64,000 bases of DNA from Gemmatimonadaceae bacterium (GCA_036507855.1 DATCIJ010000073.1:4433-68432); one strand, 5' to 3'; positions 49,046-58,966 are shown, counted from the first letter of the stretch. A program made the numbers and translations. The notes: generated by a model not told the origin, from the sequence alone.

Positions 49046-49132
49046 CTAGTGCCGTTCCAAGTATCTCATCCAACGGCAGCCGCGCAAGCACGTCCACCGG
49101 AGCGTTGGCGGAGTGACTTGGAACGGCACTAG
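49046..49132. repeat. inverted-repeat element, copy 2 (perfect 17-bp arms CTAGTGCCGTTCCAAGT / ACTTGGAACGGCACTAG, 53-nt unique loop)
   Basis: Arms at 49046-49062 and 49116-49132. The left arm ends 9 nt before ATG 49036. Confidence 0.85.
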
Positions 49133-49158
49133 CGCCGGGAACTCCCTGCCCGCGCTGG

Positions 49159-49177
49159 GCCGCGGCAGCGCCGCGGC
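49159..49177 (-). terminator. GC-rich hairpin downstream of the M23 peptidase gene (no U-tract)
   Basis: GCCGCGGC-GCT-GCCGCGGC, an 8-bp all-GC stem 17 nt after the stop at 49194. No U-run follows, so intrinsic-terminator function is uncertain. Confidence 0.3.
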
Positions 49178-49193
49178 GACTACTTCGCTCGCG

Positions 49194-50447
49194 TCAGTTG
49201 ACGTTCAGTGCGACGCGTGACCCTTCCCGCTCGATCATGGCGATGTAACGGAATCGAAGGGCATCGAACTCCGCACGCTGTGCGGCGGGGAGCGGCGGAC
49301 CGGCCTTGGCCTGCAACGCGGTGCGGGGATTCCTGGCGACGCCGTTCACCAGCACCTCGAAGTGCAGGTGAGGTCCCGTGGCCAGGCCGGTCTGTCCGAC
49401 GTAACCGATGGTCTGTCCCATCGAAACGCGCGTGCCGGCGCGGACGCCCTTGGCGAAACTGCGAAGGTGACCATAGCGGGTCACGATGCCGTTCGTGTGC
49501 CGCACGTCAATCATGTTGCCATAGCCGCCACGAGCGCCGGCGGCGATCACGAGACCATCACCGATGGCGCGCACCTGGGTGCCCGAGCTTGCCGCGTAGT
49601 CGGTGCCTTGATGGCGCCGGAAAATCCCGAGTACCGGATGGCGCCGGCCACCGAATCCACTCGAGATGCGGCGGAACTCCAATGGTGCGAGGAGGAAGTT
49701 GGCCGCGAGTGACTTCCCCTGCTGGTCGTAGTACTTCGGCTTGCCGTCCGCGAGATGACGAATCGCTTCGATCGTGGCGCCGCCGTTCGTGAACGTTGCC
49801 GCGAGAACTTCACCCATTCGCGTGACGCCGCTGGCGAGCTGGCGCCGCTCGACGAGCACCGTGAACGCGTCGCCCTCCTGGACGTCGCGGCTCATGTCGA
49901 TGCGAAACTCGAAGATATTGGCGACCGACCACGCCAGTTCCCGTCGCGACCCGGGTGGCAGGTCGGTCTCAGCCGCGTCGATCCCTTCGTAGAGATTGTC
50001 CGTGATCTGCCCGCGGACGACCAGCGTGTCGGTGGTCCAGGGGATGGAATCCAGTCGCGCTGTCCACCCGGAGTCGCCGCGCACCAGGCGCAGGACACGG
50101 TCGACGTCCACGTGGAACGACACCTGGCGAGGCATCGAGTCATCACGCAGGGCGCCGAACGAGATCCGCATTCCCCGCCGGACACGGTTCGGATTGATGG
50201 CCTTGGTGGACGACGCCGCGTCCAGCACCTGCAGCATGTTCTGGCCGGACACCCCGCCGCGCTCCAGCACTTTTCCGAGCGTCTCGCCGTTGGCGATCGA
50301 ATCGACCCGCTCTTCCCACGACGCCGCCAGACCCGCTACGTCAGCCAGTGGCTTCCGCTCGGGCAGGGGACGCATGAAGGCGATTGCCAGGGCAGCCAGG
50401 CCTCCGGAAATCCCGTACGTAATGAGTCGAGCGGCCCACGGCTTCAA
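49194..50447 (-). CDS. M23/LytM-family metallopeptidase (MepM-like, OapA/LysM-like N-domain)
   Basis: HQGTDYAA (HxxxD) and GPHLHFEV (HxH) catalytic motifs are intact. N-terminal TM. TTG start overlaps the ftsZ stop (TTGA). Confidence 0.85.
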   Translation of the reverse strand: MKPWAARLITYGISGGLAALAIAFMRPLPERKPLADVAGLAASWEERVDSIANGETLGKVLERGGVSGQNMLQVLDAASSTKAINPNRVRRGMRISFGALRDDSMPRQVSFHVDVDRVLRLVRGDSGWTARLDSIPWTTDTLVVRGQITDNLYEGIDAAETDLPPGSRRELAWSVANIFEFRIDMSRDVQEGDAFTVLVERRQLASGVTRMGEVLAATFTNGGATIEAIRHLADGKPKYYDQQGKSLAANFLLAPLEFRRISSGFGGRRHPVLGIFRRHQGTDYAASSGTQVRAIGDGLVIAAGARGGYGNMIDVRHTNGIVTRYGHLRSFAKGVRAGTRVSMGQTIGYVGQTGLATGPHLHFEVLVNGVARNPRTALQAKAGPPLPAAQRAEFDALRFRYIAMIEREGSRVALNVN

Positions 50448-51649
50448 TCCATCTGTCTCCGAATGAAGGTCGGAATGTCCATGTCGGTCAGCTCCGGCTC
50501 CGGCCGCTGCGGCGGCTGAGAGGGCGGAATAACGCGACGTGGAGCTCCGTCCGCCAGTGGAACCACCGTCCGGGGCACTGCTGCAGCCCGTCCCGGGTTC
50601 CGCTGAGTGATTGGAATCACGTTGCGAGGCACCGTCACCGCTGACTGGGAAGCCACCCGCACGGAACCTCCCGGCAGCCCTACCTCGATTTGACGATCGA
50701 AGCCGGTGGCGATCACGGTAACACGGATCTCACCCTGCATTGCCGGCTCGTTGACGGCACCAAAGATGATTTCCGCGTCATCTCCGACCGCGTCGTGAAC
50801 GATTTCGGAGATCTGCGTGACCTCGCCCAGTGTGAGGTCGGTTCCACCCGTGATGTTAAGCAGGACCCCGGTGGAACCAGCGACGGAAATATTGTCGAGC
50901 AGGGGGCTCGAGATGGCCTGCTGCGCGGCTTCCATGGCCCGGTTTTCTCCACGGCCGATGCCGGTCCCCATCAGCGCCGAGCCGCCGTTCTGCATGACGG
51001 TGCGGACATCGGCGAAATCGACGTTCACGAGGCCGGTGCGCGAAATCAGGGTGGAGATGCCCTGCGTGGCGTGGAGGAGCACCTCGTCAGCCTTCTTGAG
51101 CGCGTCCTGGAAGGGAATGCCCTTTCCAACCACCGCCAGCAATCGCTCGTTAGGTACGACGATCATCGTGTCGACGTGCTGACGCAGGTCGACGATGCCC
51201 TGCTCCGCCTGGCGCATTCGCTTGCGGCCCTCGAACAGGAACGGCTTCGTCACAATGCCGACCGTGAGCGCGCCAGCTTCCTTGCCCAGCTGCGCGATGA
51301 TGGGCGCGGCCCCTGTCCCCGTTCCCCCGCCCATGCCGCAGGTGACGAAGACGAGGTCGGCGCCGGCAAGCGCGCGACCCACTTCCTCACGGTTTTCCTC
51401 GATGGCCTGACGCCCGATTTCAGGTCGCGCTCCGGCGCCGAGTCCTCGCGTGAGCTTCTTCCCGATCTGGATCTTCACGTCCGACTTCGAGGCCAGCAGG
51501 GCCTGTGAGTCCGTGTTGATCGAGATGAACTCCACGCTTTCGAGGCGTTCGTCGATCATGCGGTTGACCGCGTTCCCGCCGCCGCCGCCGACGCCCACGA
51601 CCTTCATGCGAGCGTTCTGGGGTGGGGTCTCTTCGAACTCGAAGATCAT
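50444..51649 (-). CDS. ftsZ: cell division GTPase FtsZ
   Basis: [13 protein letters not shown] and [10 protein letters not shown] tubulin signature. Conserved C-terminal peptide [14 protein letters not shown] 51649. Confidence 0.95.
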   Translation of the reverse strand: MIFEFEETPPQNARMKVVGVGGGGGNAVNRMIDERLESVEFISINTDSQALLASKSDVKIQIGKKLTRGLGAGARPEIGRQAIEENREEVGRALAGADLVFVTCGMGGGTGTGAAPIIAQLGKEAGALTVGIVTKPFLFEGRKRMRQAEQGIVDLRQHVDTMIVVPNERLLAVVGKGIPFQDALKKADEVLLHATQGISTLISRTGLVNVDFADVRTVMQNGGSALMGTGIGRGENRAMEAAQQAISSPLLDNISVAGSTGVLLNITGGTDLTLGEVTQISEIVHDAVGDDAEIIFGAVNEPAMQGEIRVTVIATGFDRQIEVGLPGGSVRVASQSAVTVPRNVIPITQRNPGRAAAVPRTVVPLADGAPRRVIPPSQPPQRPEPELTDMDIPTFIRRQMD

Positions 51650-51856
51650 GCGCGCGTGGCTCCAATGCTTGGAGGATGGGCCCAAGCGGGCCGACAGAAA
51701 CGGCGCGACCCCGGCGCGCGCCTCGCCCTTACCAAGCGCGACCGGCCGTCACCCCGCGTCTCCAGCCCGTACGACGGCAGGCAATATACGTCGTTTCTTC
51801 ACAAAGGCCATGTTCACTTCCGCCCTTAGTGAAAGAGCCACAAGTGGTTGCGAGCC

Positions 51857-51885
51857 AAAATAGTTTTCCACATGGAAAGTCACAA
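51857..51885 (-). promoter_or_regulatory. candidate sigma70-like promoter in the ftsA-ftsZ spacer
   Basis: Minus strand TTGTGA (51885-51880), 17 nt, TATTTT (51862-51857), in the only AT-rich patch of the 325-nt spacer. Confidence 0.3.
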
Positions 51886-51896
51886 AACAGATGTGT

Positions 51897-51978
51897 GATG
51901 AGGGCAAGGGCATAGGCAAAGGGCAGAGAGTCGCGTTTCGCGGCCCTCTGCCCCCTTGCCACTGTCCTCTGCCCTTAG
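51897..51978. repeat. inverted GGGCAGA/GGGCAAG-type short-repeat hairpin just after the ftsA stop
   Basis: GAGGGCAAGGGCATAGGCAAAGGGCAGAGAGTCGCG TTT CGCGGCCCTCTGCCCCCTTGCCACTGTCCTCTGCCCTTAG. The ftsA TAA lies at 51975-51977, inside the right arm. Confidence 0.8.
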
Positions 51979-53237
51979 AAGAAGTCCTGCAGCCACAGCT
52001 TCACGCGCTGCGCCAGCTTCTCCATCCCCGGAGCGTTCAGCATCGGCGCCTTTTTCGATGCCGGCGTTCCGGCGCCAATGGCGAAGCGATTCGCGCCGTA
52101 TTGGGTGAGGCCCACCGCCGTCGCAAATCGCGGCGCCTCAACGGCATCGCTCAACCCGACGATGTTCTCGTGAGGCACCGCCACCCGCACCGCCGTTCCG
52201 AAGAGATCAGCCGCCAATTCACCCATTCCCGGCAGCGCCGACGCTCCGCCGGTAAGGACAATTCCTGACGACAACTTGCTCAGGTATCCGGAGCTCTGGA
52301 TGTCCCGAAGCACCAGGTCGAAGATCTCATCCATCCGCTGGTGGATGATGTGAGCAAGGAGATCGCGTGAGATCTGCCGATCGCCCTGAGCGGCGGTACT
52401 TGGCAGCGTGATCATGTCCGCACGATCCACCATCGGTTCGTACGCGCATCCGTGACGTTCCTTCACGCGCTCGGCGTCGGCCTGCGTGAGCCCGAGCCCG
52501 TGAACGATGTCATTCGTGACGTTGTTTCCACCGTACATGATGGCCGCCAGGTGCCTGATCTTCCCCTCGTGGAACACGGCGACATCGGTTGATCCGGCAC
52601 CCATCTCGATGAGCGCGACGCCAAGCTCCTTTTCGTCCTCGGTCAGGACGGCAAGCGCGCTGGCCAGCGGCTCGAGGACCAGTTCCTGCACCTTGTAGCC
52701 GGCGCGTTCCACGGCGCGTCGCAGATTGGAGGCCGGCCCGCCGCCGATCGTGACGAGGTACATCTCGGTCTCCAGCCGCGTGCCGACCATGCCCACCGGC
52801 TCCCGGATGCCTTCCTGCCGGTCCACCGTGTACTCCTGCGGGATAGCGTGCAGCAGCTCGCGGTCCGGCGGGATGTCACGAGTTCGCGCCACGGCGTTCA
52901 CCCGCTCGATGTCGGAGCGGGAGATTTCGTCGCCGCTGACCACCACGATCCCCTTCGAGATCATCGCCTCCATGTGCTCACCGGCGATGCCCGTATAGAG
53001 ATGGTCAACGCGGGCGCCGGACATGCGCTCGGCGTCGGTGAGCGCCTTCTTGATCGATCGCGTCGCCTCCTCGATGTCGGCCACTACACCTCGACGCAGT
53101 CCCGTGGTACGCGCCTGACCCACCCCCAGCACCTTGATGCCCGGATGGCGTGGCAGTTCCCCTACGACCTCGGCGATGATGGCCGTGGTCTTCGAGGAAC
53201 CGATGTCGAGTCCAGCAACGAGTCGTTCTGGGATCAT
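51975..53237 (-). CDS. ftsA: cell division protein FtsA
   Basis: Actin-like ATPase with VAGLDIGSSKTTAII and GGNNVTNDI motifs. ATGA overlap with ftsQ. Confidence 0.95.
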   Translation of the reverse strand: MIPERLVAGLDIGSSKTTAIIAEVVGELPRHPGIKVLGVGQARTTGLRRGVVADIEEATRSIKKALTDAERMSGARVDHLYTGIAGEHMEAMISKGIVVVSGDEISRSDIERVNAVARTRDIPPDRELLHAIPQEYTVDRQEGIREPVGMVGTRLETEMYLVTIGGGPASNLRRAVERAGYKVQELVLEPLASALAVLTEDEKELGVALIEMGAGSTDVAVFHEGKIRHLAAIMYGGNNVTNDIVHGLGLTQADAERVKERHGCAYEPMVDRADMITLPSTAAQGDRQISRDLLAHIIHQRMDEIFDLVLRDIQSSGYLSKLSSGIVLTGGASALPGMGELAADLFGTAVRVAVPHENIVGLSDAVEAPRFATAVGLTQYGANRFAIGAGTPASKKAPMLNAPGMEKLAQRVKLWLQDFF

Positions 53238-53944
53238 GGGAATCGGGCGATCACCTGGTCACGGAAGCGGAAATCGAGTTCGCGGGGACGCGTCTGACGT
53301 CGTGCGAGTTCGGCCTCGACAGAAGATATCTGCGCCAGCCGTTCCACGCCGATGTCGGGGCGCAGGCGAACCGAGACGCTCACGAGGTCAAGAACGAACT
53401 CGTCCCGGCCAGTGCGCCGGACTTCGTTCACTCTCGCGAAGAGGTCACGCTGCACGGCCTGGAGCTGGCCGAGAAATCGCAACAGCGCGGAGTCCGCGCT
53501 GGCAATGATCGGCACGTCCACCGGCGTTTGGCTGGGATCGAGCGGCAGGGCGTGACCCGTGGCATCGTAGGCCCGGAGTCCGTTCCGCGACGCTACGAAG
53601 GCCACCGGCTGATGCTCCTCAACGGTGATCACCAGCGTCGAGGGAAATCGCCTGGCAATGCGAACGCCACTGAGTTGAGGATGCTTCGCGACCCGCTGCC
53701 GCAGCGGCTCCAGGTCGTTCCAGATCGAAAACGTCGTGTCGATGGCAAGCCGTCTCCGGATCTCCTCCGGCGGAGTAAACCTTGCATCCCTCACTTCCAC
53801 ACGCCGCACACGGAAGAAATCCAGCCGCGACAGGACTGGTCGGGCCCAGAAGGGACCGGTGATGGCGGCAAGCAGCGCCAGGGCGGCGATTCGACGTCCC
53901 CAGCGAGGCCGGCTCGGCGTTGAAGAGTCGTCCTGATCGTTCAT
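53234..53944 (-). CDS. ftsQ: cell division protein FtsQ
   Basis: Single N-terminal TM, then a POTRA-like FRVRRVEVRDARFTPPEEI segment. Position between murC and ftsA. Confidence 0.8.
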   Translation of the reverse strand: MNDQDDSSTPSRPRWGRRIAALALLAAITGPFWARPVLSRLDFFRVRRVEVRDARFTPPEEIRRRLAIDTTFSIWNDLEPLRQRVAKHPQLSGVRIARRFPSTLVITVEEHQPVAFVASRNGLRAYDATGHALPLDPSQTPVDVPIIASADSALLRFLGQLQAVQRDLFARVNEVRRTGRDEFVLDLVSVSVRLRPDIGVERLAQISSVEAELARRQTRPRELDFRFRDQVIARFP

Positions 53945-55320
53945 CGCGGCACACCAAGACGCTGCAACAGCTCGGTGCCGGTGTGCGTGATATCGCCCGC
54001 GCCAAGCGTCAGCACGACGTCACCGTCGCGCGCGGCGGCCGCGATGGCATCGGCGAGTGCTGCTCGCTCTCCAACCCATACCGGCGAATGCCCCGCCCGT
54101 CGCAACGCGTCCGCCACCAGGGCCGACGTGATGCCTGGCAACGGCTGCTCCCGGGCCGGATAGATCTCGGTGAGGAAGACGAGATCCGCGCGTGCCAGGG
54201 CGACGCCAAAGGCATCCGCGAAATCCCGCGTCCGCGTGAACAGATGCGGCTGGAAGGCGGCGATGAGACGCCGGCCAGGAAAGGCAGCGCGTGCCGCATC
54301 CAGCGTCGCGGTGATCTCCGTCGGATGATGCGCGTAGTCGTCCACCACCTGCACGCCGCGCACAGCACCAAGGCGCTGGAACCGGCGCTCGACGCCCTCG
54401 AACCCCTCAAGACCGCCGCGCAGCGACTCCAGCGTCGCTCCCAGTGTGACCCCGACGCCGATGGCTGCCAGCGCATTTCGCACGTTGTGCATTCCGGGAA
54501 CACGCAGCGCGAGCTCACCCAGGTCGGCTCCGTCGAGCCGAACGAGGAATCGCAACCGGCCTTCCACCGAAAGGAGTTCCTGCGCCGAGAGCCGGGCCGC
54601 CCCATTGGCGATGCCGTAGGACAGAAGCTCGGCCCGCGCCGGGATAGCGAGCGTCGATGACCCGGGATCGTCAGCACAGGCCACCACGGTCCGTGCGGGC
54701 GCCAGGAACTGCTCGAAGGCTTTCCTGATGTCGTCAAGGTCCGCGTAGATGTCGAGATGATCTGTTTCGACGTTCGTGATGACCGCGACCGTCGGCGTGA
54801 GAGCGAGGAAGGAGCGATCGTACTCATCAGCCTCCACCACGAACAGGCTGTCGCCGCCGGCGCGAAGATTCCCCTGCCAGGCAGCTACGCGACCACCCGC
54901 CAGTCCCGTCGGCGAGTAGCCGGCCGCCGCCAATGCCTCGGTCGTCATGACCGTCGTCGTGGTCTTGCCGTGCGTACCCGCCACCGCCACGAGCTCGGCG
55001 CCGGCTACCGCCTCGCCTAACGCCTCCGCCCGTCGCACGACCGGAATGCCGAGTTGCCTGGCTCGCATCAATTCCGGGTGATCTTTTGGCACCGCGGAGG
55101 TGACGACGACAGCACGCGCCCTTTCGACGTGGACGGGATCGTGACCGCTCACGACCTCGATCCCATGCCGGCCGAGATCGCCTGCCGCATCGGGAGCCAC
55201 GTCGCAGCCAGTCACCGCCACGCCGCGACGCCGATACAGTTCCGCGAGCGCGCTCATCCCGGCGCCCGCGATCCCCATGAAGTGAACTGGTCGCGAATCT
55301 CCGTCGTGGAGTAGCGTCAC
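53941..55320 (-). CDS. murC: UDP-N-acetylmuramate--L-alanine ligase
   Basis: HFMGIAGAGMSALAE and GTHGKTTTT motifs. GTG start overlaps the murG stop. Confidence 0.95.
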   Translation of the reverse strand: MTLLHDGDSRPVHFMGIAGAGMSALAELYRRRGVAVTGCDVAPDAAGDLGRHGIEVVSGHDPVHVERARAVVVTSAVPKDHPELMRARQLGIPVVRRAEALGEAVAGAELVAVAGTHGKTTTTVMTTEALAAAGYSPTGLAGGRVAAWQGNLRAGGDSLFVVEADEYDRSFLALTPTVAVITNVETDHLDIYADLDDIRKAFEQFLAPARTVVACADDPGSSTLAIPARAELLSYGIANGAARLSAQELLSVEGRLRFLVRLDGADLGELALRVPGMHNVRNALAAIGVGVTLGATLESLRGGLEGFEGVERRFQRLGAVRGVQVVDDYAHHPTEITATLDAARAAFPGRRLIAAFQPHLFTRTRDFADAFGVALARADLVFLTEIYPAREQPLPGITSALVADALRRAGHSPVWVGERAALADAIAAAARDGDVVLTLGAGDITHTGTELLQRLGVPR

Positions 55321-56420
55321 CGCGCCCCTGCCTGCTCGAGGAGGCGCGCCACTCGCCCGGCGATATCCATGGCCGCGCCGGCGCGCGCGCGCGACGCGGC
55401 GCCGGCAGCCAACGCGCGCAGCGACCGATCATCCGCCAGCAACGATCGGATCTCGGTGTCGATCCGATTCGCGGTCGCTTCGGATTCGGGTATGCATCGC
55501 GCCGCGCCGGCTTCGGCCAGCGCCCGGGCGTTGGCCGTTTGATGGTCGGCCGCCGCCGTGGGCAGAGGCACCAGCAACGCCGGGATTCCCCAGGCGCAGA
55601 GTTCTGCGGTGGTCATGGCCCCGGCTCGCGTCAAAGCGATGTCGGCAACGGCGTACGCTTCGGCTATTGGAGACAGGTAATCCCTGACGATTACGCGCTC
55701 CGATGAGTGGTGTGCGTGACGCTGGAAGTGCGACGGCCCTGTCGCCCAGATGATGTGAAGACCATCGGGCAACCCGGCCGCGACCCACTCGTCGACGCGC
55801 GCATTGAGTGCGGCCGAGCCCTGGCTTCCGCCGAAAACAAGGAGCACCCGCGCGCCCACGGGAATTCCCAGCCGTCTCCGGCCTTCCTCACGCGATGGGC
55901 GCGGCTCTGGAGGCGGCTCAACGGGATTGCCCGTGTGCACGGCACGCGACATCGCGCGACCAGGCAGTCGCATCGCCGCTTCCGGAAAGCCCAGGTAGAC
56001 CTCGCGCGCCCAGCGACTGAAGAAGCGGTTGGTCTGGCCAGGAACGCTGTTCTGTTCCTGCAAGACGAATGGAAGGCCTTTCACGACGCACCAGGCCAGC
56101 GTCGCCGAGGAGGCGTACCCGCCGGTGGCGACCGCCAGCGCGGGCACGCGAGCGCCTAACGCGCGACCGATTTCACCCCACGACACGACGAGGCCCCGCA
56201 CGGTCCGCCAGCTGCGCCAGGGCGCAGCGCGATAGAGCGGGTGCAGGTCCAGCAGGATATGCGGAAATCCGGTACCCGGCAGCACGGTCCGCTCGATTCC
56301 CCGCTGCGCGCCGACGAAGAAGGGATCGACATCGGGGCGAAGCCTGACGAGAGCCCGCGCGATGGCCAGCGCTGGATAGAGATGTCCGCCGGTGCCACCG
56401 CCGGAAAAGACCACCAGCAC
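55317..56420 (-). CDS. murG: undecaprenyldiphospho-muramoylpentapeptide beta-N-acetylglucosaminyltransferase
   Basis: GGGTGGHLYPALA motif and C-terminal GAMTTAEL. Confidence 0.95.
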   Translation of the reverse strand: MLVVFSGGGTGGHLYPALAIARALVRLRPDVDPFFVGAQRGIERTVLPGTGFPHILLDLHPLYRAAPWRSWRTVRGLVVSWGEIGRALGARVPALAVATGGYASSATLAWCVVKGLPFVLQEQNSVPGQTNRFFSRWAREVYLGFPEAAMRLPGRAMSRAVHTGNPVEPPPEPRPSREEGRRRLGIPVGARVLLVFGGSQGSAALNARVDEWVAAGLPDGLHIIWATGPSHFQRHAHHSSERVIVRDYLSPIAEAYAVADIALTRAGAMTTAELCAWGIPALLVPLPTAAADHQTANARALAEAGAARCIPESEATANRIDTEIRSLLADDRSLRALAAGAASRARAGAAMDIAGRVARLLEQAGAR

Positions 56421-57587
56421 CTACGCCGCGACCGAAAGAGGGTTTGTCGCGCCGCTACCCAGGACTTTTTCCCGCCGGCTGCCGATGTTCACGAGGATGC
56501 CGGTCATCAGGAACGACAGCAGAAGGTTCGAGCGCCCATACGACACGAAGGGCAGCGTCAGGCCTGTCGTCGGGAGCAGGCCGATGACGACGCCGATGTG
56601 CACGAATGCCGTGATCACCGTGGTAATGGTGAGGCCGACGGCGACGAGTTGCTGGAACGGCGTCCTGGCCTGCCGCGCGATTCTGATTCCGAGCCACGCG
56701 TAACCGGCAAAAAGACCGACCAGCAGCAGCATTCCGAGAAAGCCCCATTCCTCCCCCACCGTGCTGGCGATGAAGTCGTTGTATCCGAGAGGAACCCATC
56801 CGAATTGCTGGCGTCCCTGGCCGAAGCCCTGTCCCCAGAACCCGCCCGATCCGACAGCAATCAGCGACTCCTTCAACTGATGCTCGATAGCGGAGTTCTC
56901 GGCGCCAAAGAACGAAACCACCCTGAGCAAGGCGTACTGCAGCCGCAGGAGCTGGCCCCACAGCAACGGAATGGCGATGACGCCGAGCACGACGAAATGT
57001 CCGATTCGCGCGCCGGCGACGAACAGGATGATCCCCATGGTCAGCGTGAACATCAGCGCGACGGAAAGATCCGGCTGGAGGATCGCGAGCATGTTCAGCA
57101 CGCCAACCACCATCAGGATCGGCAACAAGCCCTTCGTCAGGCGGCGCATCTTGTCACCCTTCTTCACCACCAGCATGGACGTCCAGATGACGACCGCCAG
57201 CTTGCCAAGCTCCGATGGTTGCAGGGATGCGCCCAGAATGAAGCGTCGCGACCCGTGGCGCACCGGAGCAATCAAGGTCGTGAAGGGCAGCACGGTGATC
57301 AGCATGAGTGCGATCGTCAGGAACATGAGTGGCCACGCGAGCTTCCGGAGCTTCTCGGCATCCACCTTGGCGGCGACACCGAACGCCACGACGCCCACAC
57401 ACACGCCAAGCGCCTGACGACTCACGAAGAACCAGCTGGCGTGATCATCCTGCATGGCGACTATGGCGCTCGCGCTATACAGGAAGGCCAGGCCGAAAAC
57501 GGTCAGCGCCGCCGTGAGCACCACGAGGGCTCGCGCCTCGACGCTCATGGCCCACCGATCTCGAACCTGCAGAGCCACGGAGGTCAT
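56421..57587 (-). CDS. ftsW: SEDS-family peptidoglycan polymerase FtsW
   Basis: 10-TM SEDS protein (QPSELGKLAVV, GSGGFWGQGFGQG). ATG 57587 overlaps the murD stop. The 81-codon upstream extension of the track ORF is rejected. Confidence 0.9.
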   Translation of the reverse strand: MTSVALQVRDRWAMSVEARALVVLTAALTVFGLAFLYSASAIVAMQDDHASWFFVSRQALGVCVGVVAFGVAAKVDAEKLRKLAWPLMFLTIALMLITVLPFTTLIAPVRHGSRRFILGASLQPSELGKLAVVIWTSMLVVKKGDKMRRLTKGLLPILMVVGVLNMLAILQPDLSVALMFTLTMGIILFVAGARIGHFVVLGVIAIPLLWGQLLRLQYALLRVVSFFGAENSAIEHQLKESLIAVGSGGFWGQGFGQGRQQFGWVPLGYNDFIASTVGEEWGFLGMLLLVGLFAGYAWLGIRIARQARTPFQQLVAVGLTITTVITAFVHIGVVIGLLPTTGLTLPFVSYGRSNLLLSFLMTGILVNIGSRREKVLGSGATNPLSVAA

Positions 57588-58966
57588 GGGCGACCGTCCG
57601 CGCTGCGAGCCAGACGGGTGAACGAGCGCCCGCGATCCTCGTAATCGGTGAACATGTCGAAGCTCTTGCAGGCTGGTGAAAGCAGGACGCAGTCGCCGGG
57701 AACGGCGAGCTCCCGCGCCCGGGCCACCACGTCGGCGAAATGACCCGTCAGGCGCTGCAGAGGCGCCACGCCACTGAGATCGTGCTGGATCAGGTCCGCC
57801 GATTCGCCATACGCGAGGACGGCCTTGCAACGCTTTCGAATTGGCTCCGAGAGGTCAGTGTACGGTTCACCAGCGTGTCGACCGCCGAGCAACAGCACGG
57901 TCGGCCGGGTCATGGCGCAAATGCCGACCTTCGCGGCCGCCACGTTGGTGGCCTTGGAGTCATTCACCCAGAGGACGCCGCCAGAATCGGCGACCGTCTC
58001 CAGCCGGTGCGCGAGCGGGGGCATGCTCCGTAATCCGGCGGCGATCCTCCGTCTTGCATTGATGGAAGTGTGCGCTGGGTCCGCGGAGGCGACGGCGAGC
58101 GCGGCGGCCAGCGCGTTCCCCACGTTGTGATCGCCAAGCAGCGGCAATTCAGCGCGCCGAAGCAGTGGCTCGTCGAGGACGATCAGCGCCCCGTGCTGTC
58201 GATCGTAGAACGCGTCGCACAGACGACCCTCACCGCTGAATCGCATGAGATAACCCGATGCCTTGCGCGCCATCTCGAGGGCCGTGGGGTCGTCGGCGTT
58301 CACGACCCAGCGCGACGACGACTCGGCGTTCCGGAAGAGGAGTGCCTTGTCGCTGTAGTACGACCCGACGTCGTGATATCGGTCCAGATGATCCGGCGAC
58401 AGGTTGGTCAGAACGCCCACCGTCGGCGCGATCGAGGGTGTGTCGTGCAGCTGGTACGACGACACCTCGAGCGCGATCCACGTCGGTGGTCGTGTGTGAA
58501 GGGCGACTTCACTCAGCGGCCGGCCGATGTTCCCGGCGACCTCGGTCTCGAGTCCCAGGTTGCGCAGCAGCTGACCGATGATCGACGTGACGGTGGTCTT
58601 TCCGTTGGTGCCGGTGACGGCGACGTAGCGCACGTCCGGCAGCTCCGACAAGGCCAGCTCCAACTCGCTGATCACCGGCACGCCACTCCGACGGGCGGCG
58701 GTGAGCGCCGCCGCATCGGAAGGAACCCCCGGACTCGTCACCACCACCGAGGCGCGCGCGAGGCGCGCGAGATCGTGACCGCCCACCTGCACCTCGACGC
58801 CGGCCGCCCGCAGCGCGGTCGCCACCGACTCAAGGTCGGCGGATCGCCCGCTATCGGACGCGTACACCCTGGCGTGCCTCGAGCGCAACAACCTGCACGC
58901 GGCATCGCCACTCCGGCCGAGTCCGATCACCGCAACTTCACCATGACGCCAGGAGTCGGGGATCAT
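57584..58966 (-). CDS. murD: UDP-N-acetylmuramoylalanine--D-glutamate ligase
   Basis: VIGLGRSG Rossmann motif and GTNGKTTV P-loop. ATG 58966 overlaps the mraY stop. Confidence 0.9.
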   Translation of the reverse strand: MIPDSWRHGEVAVIGLGRSGDAACRLLRSRHARVYASDSGRSADLESVATALRAAGVEVQVGGHDLARLARASVVVTSPGVPSDAAALTAARRSGVPVISELELALSELPDVRYVAVTGTNGKTTVTSIIGQLLRNLGLETEVAGNIGRPLSEVALHTRPPTWIALEVSSYQLHDTPSIAPTVGVLTNLSPDHLDRYHDVGSYYSDKALLFRNAESSSRWVVNADDPTALEMARKASGYLMRFSGEGRLCDAFYDRQHGALIVLDEPLLRRAELPLLGDHNVGNALAAALAVASADPAHTSINARRRIAAGLRSMPPLAHRLETVADSGGVLWVNDSKATNVAAAKVGICAMTRPTVLLLGGRHAGEPYTDLSEPIRKRCKAVLAYGESADLIQHDLSGVAPLQRLTGHFADVVARARELAVPGDCVLLSPACKSFDMFTDYEDRGRSFTRLARSADGRP

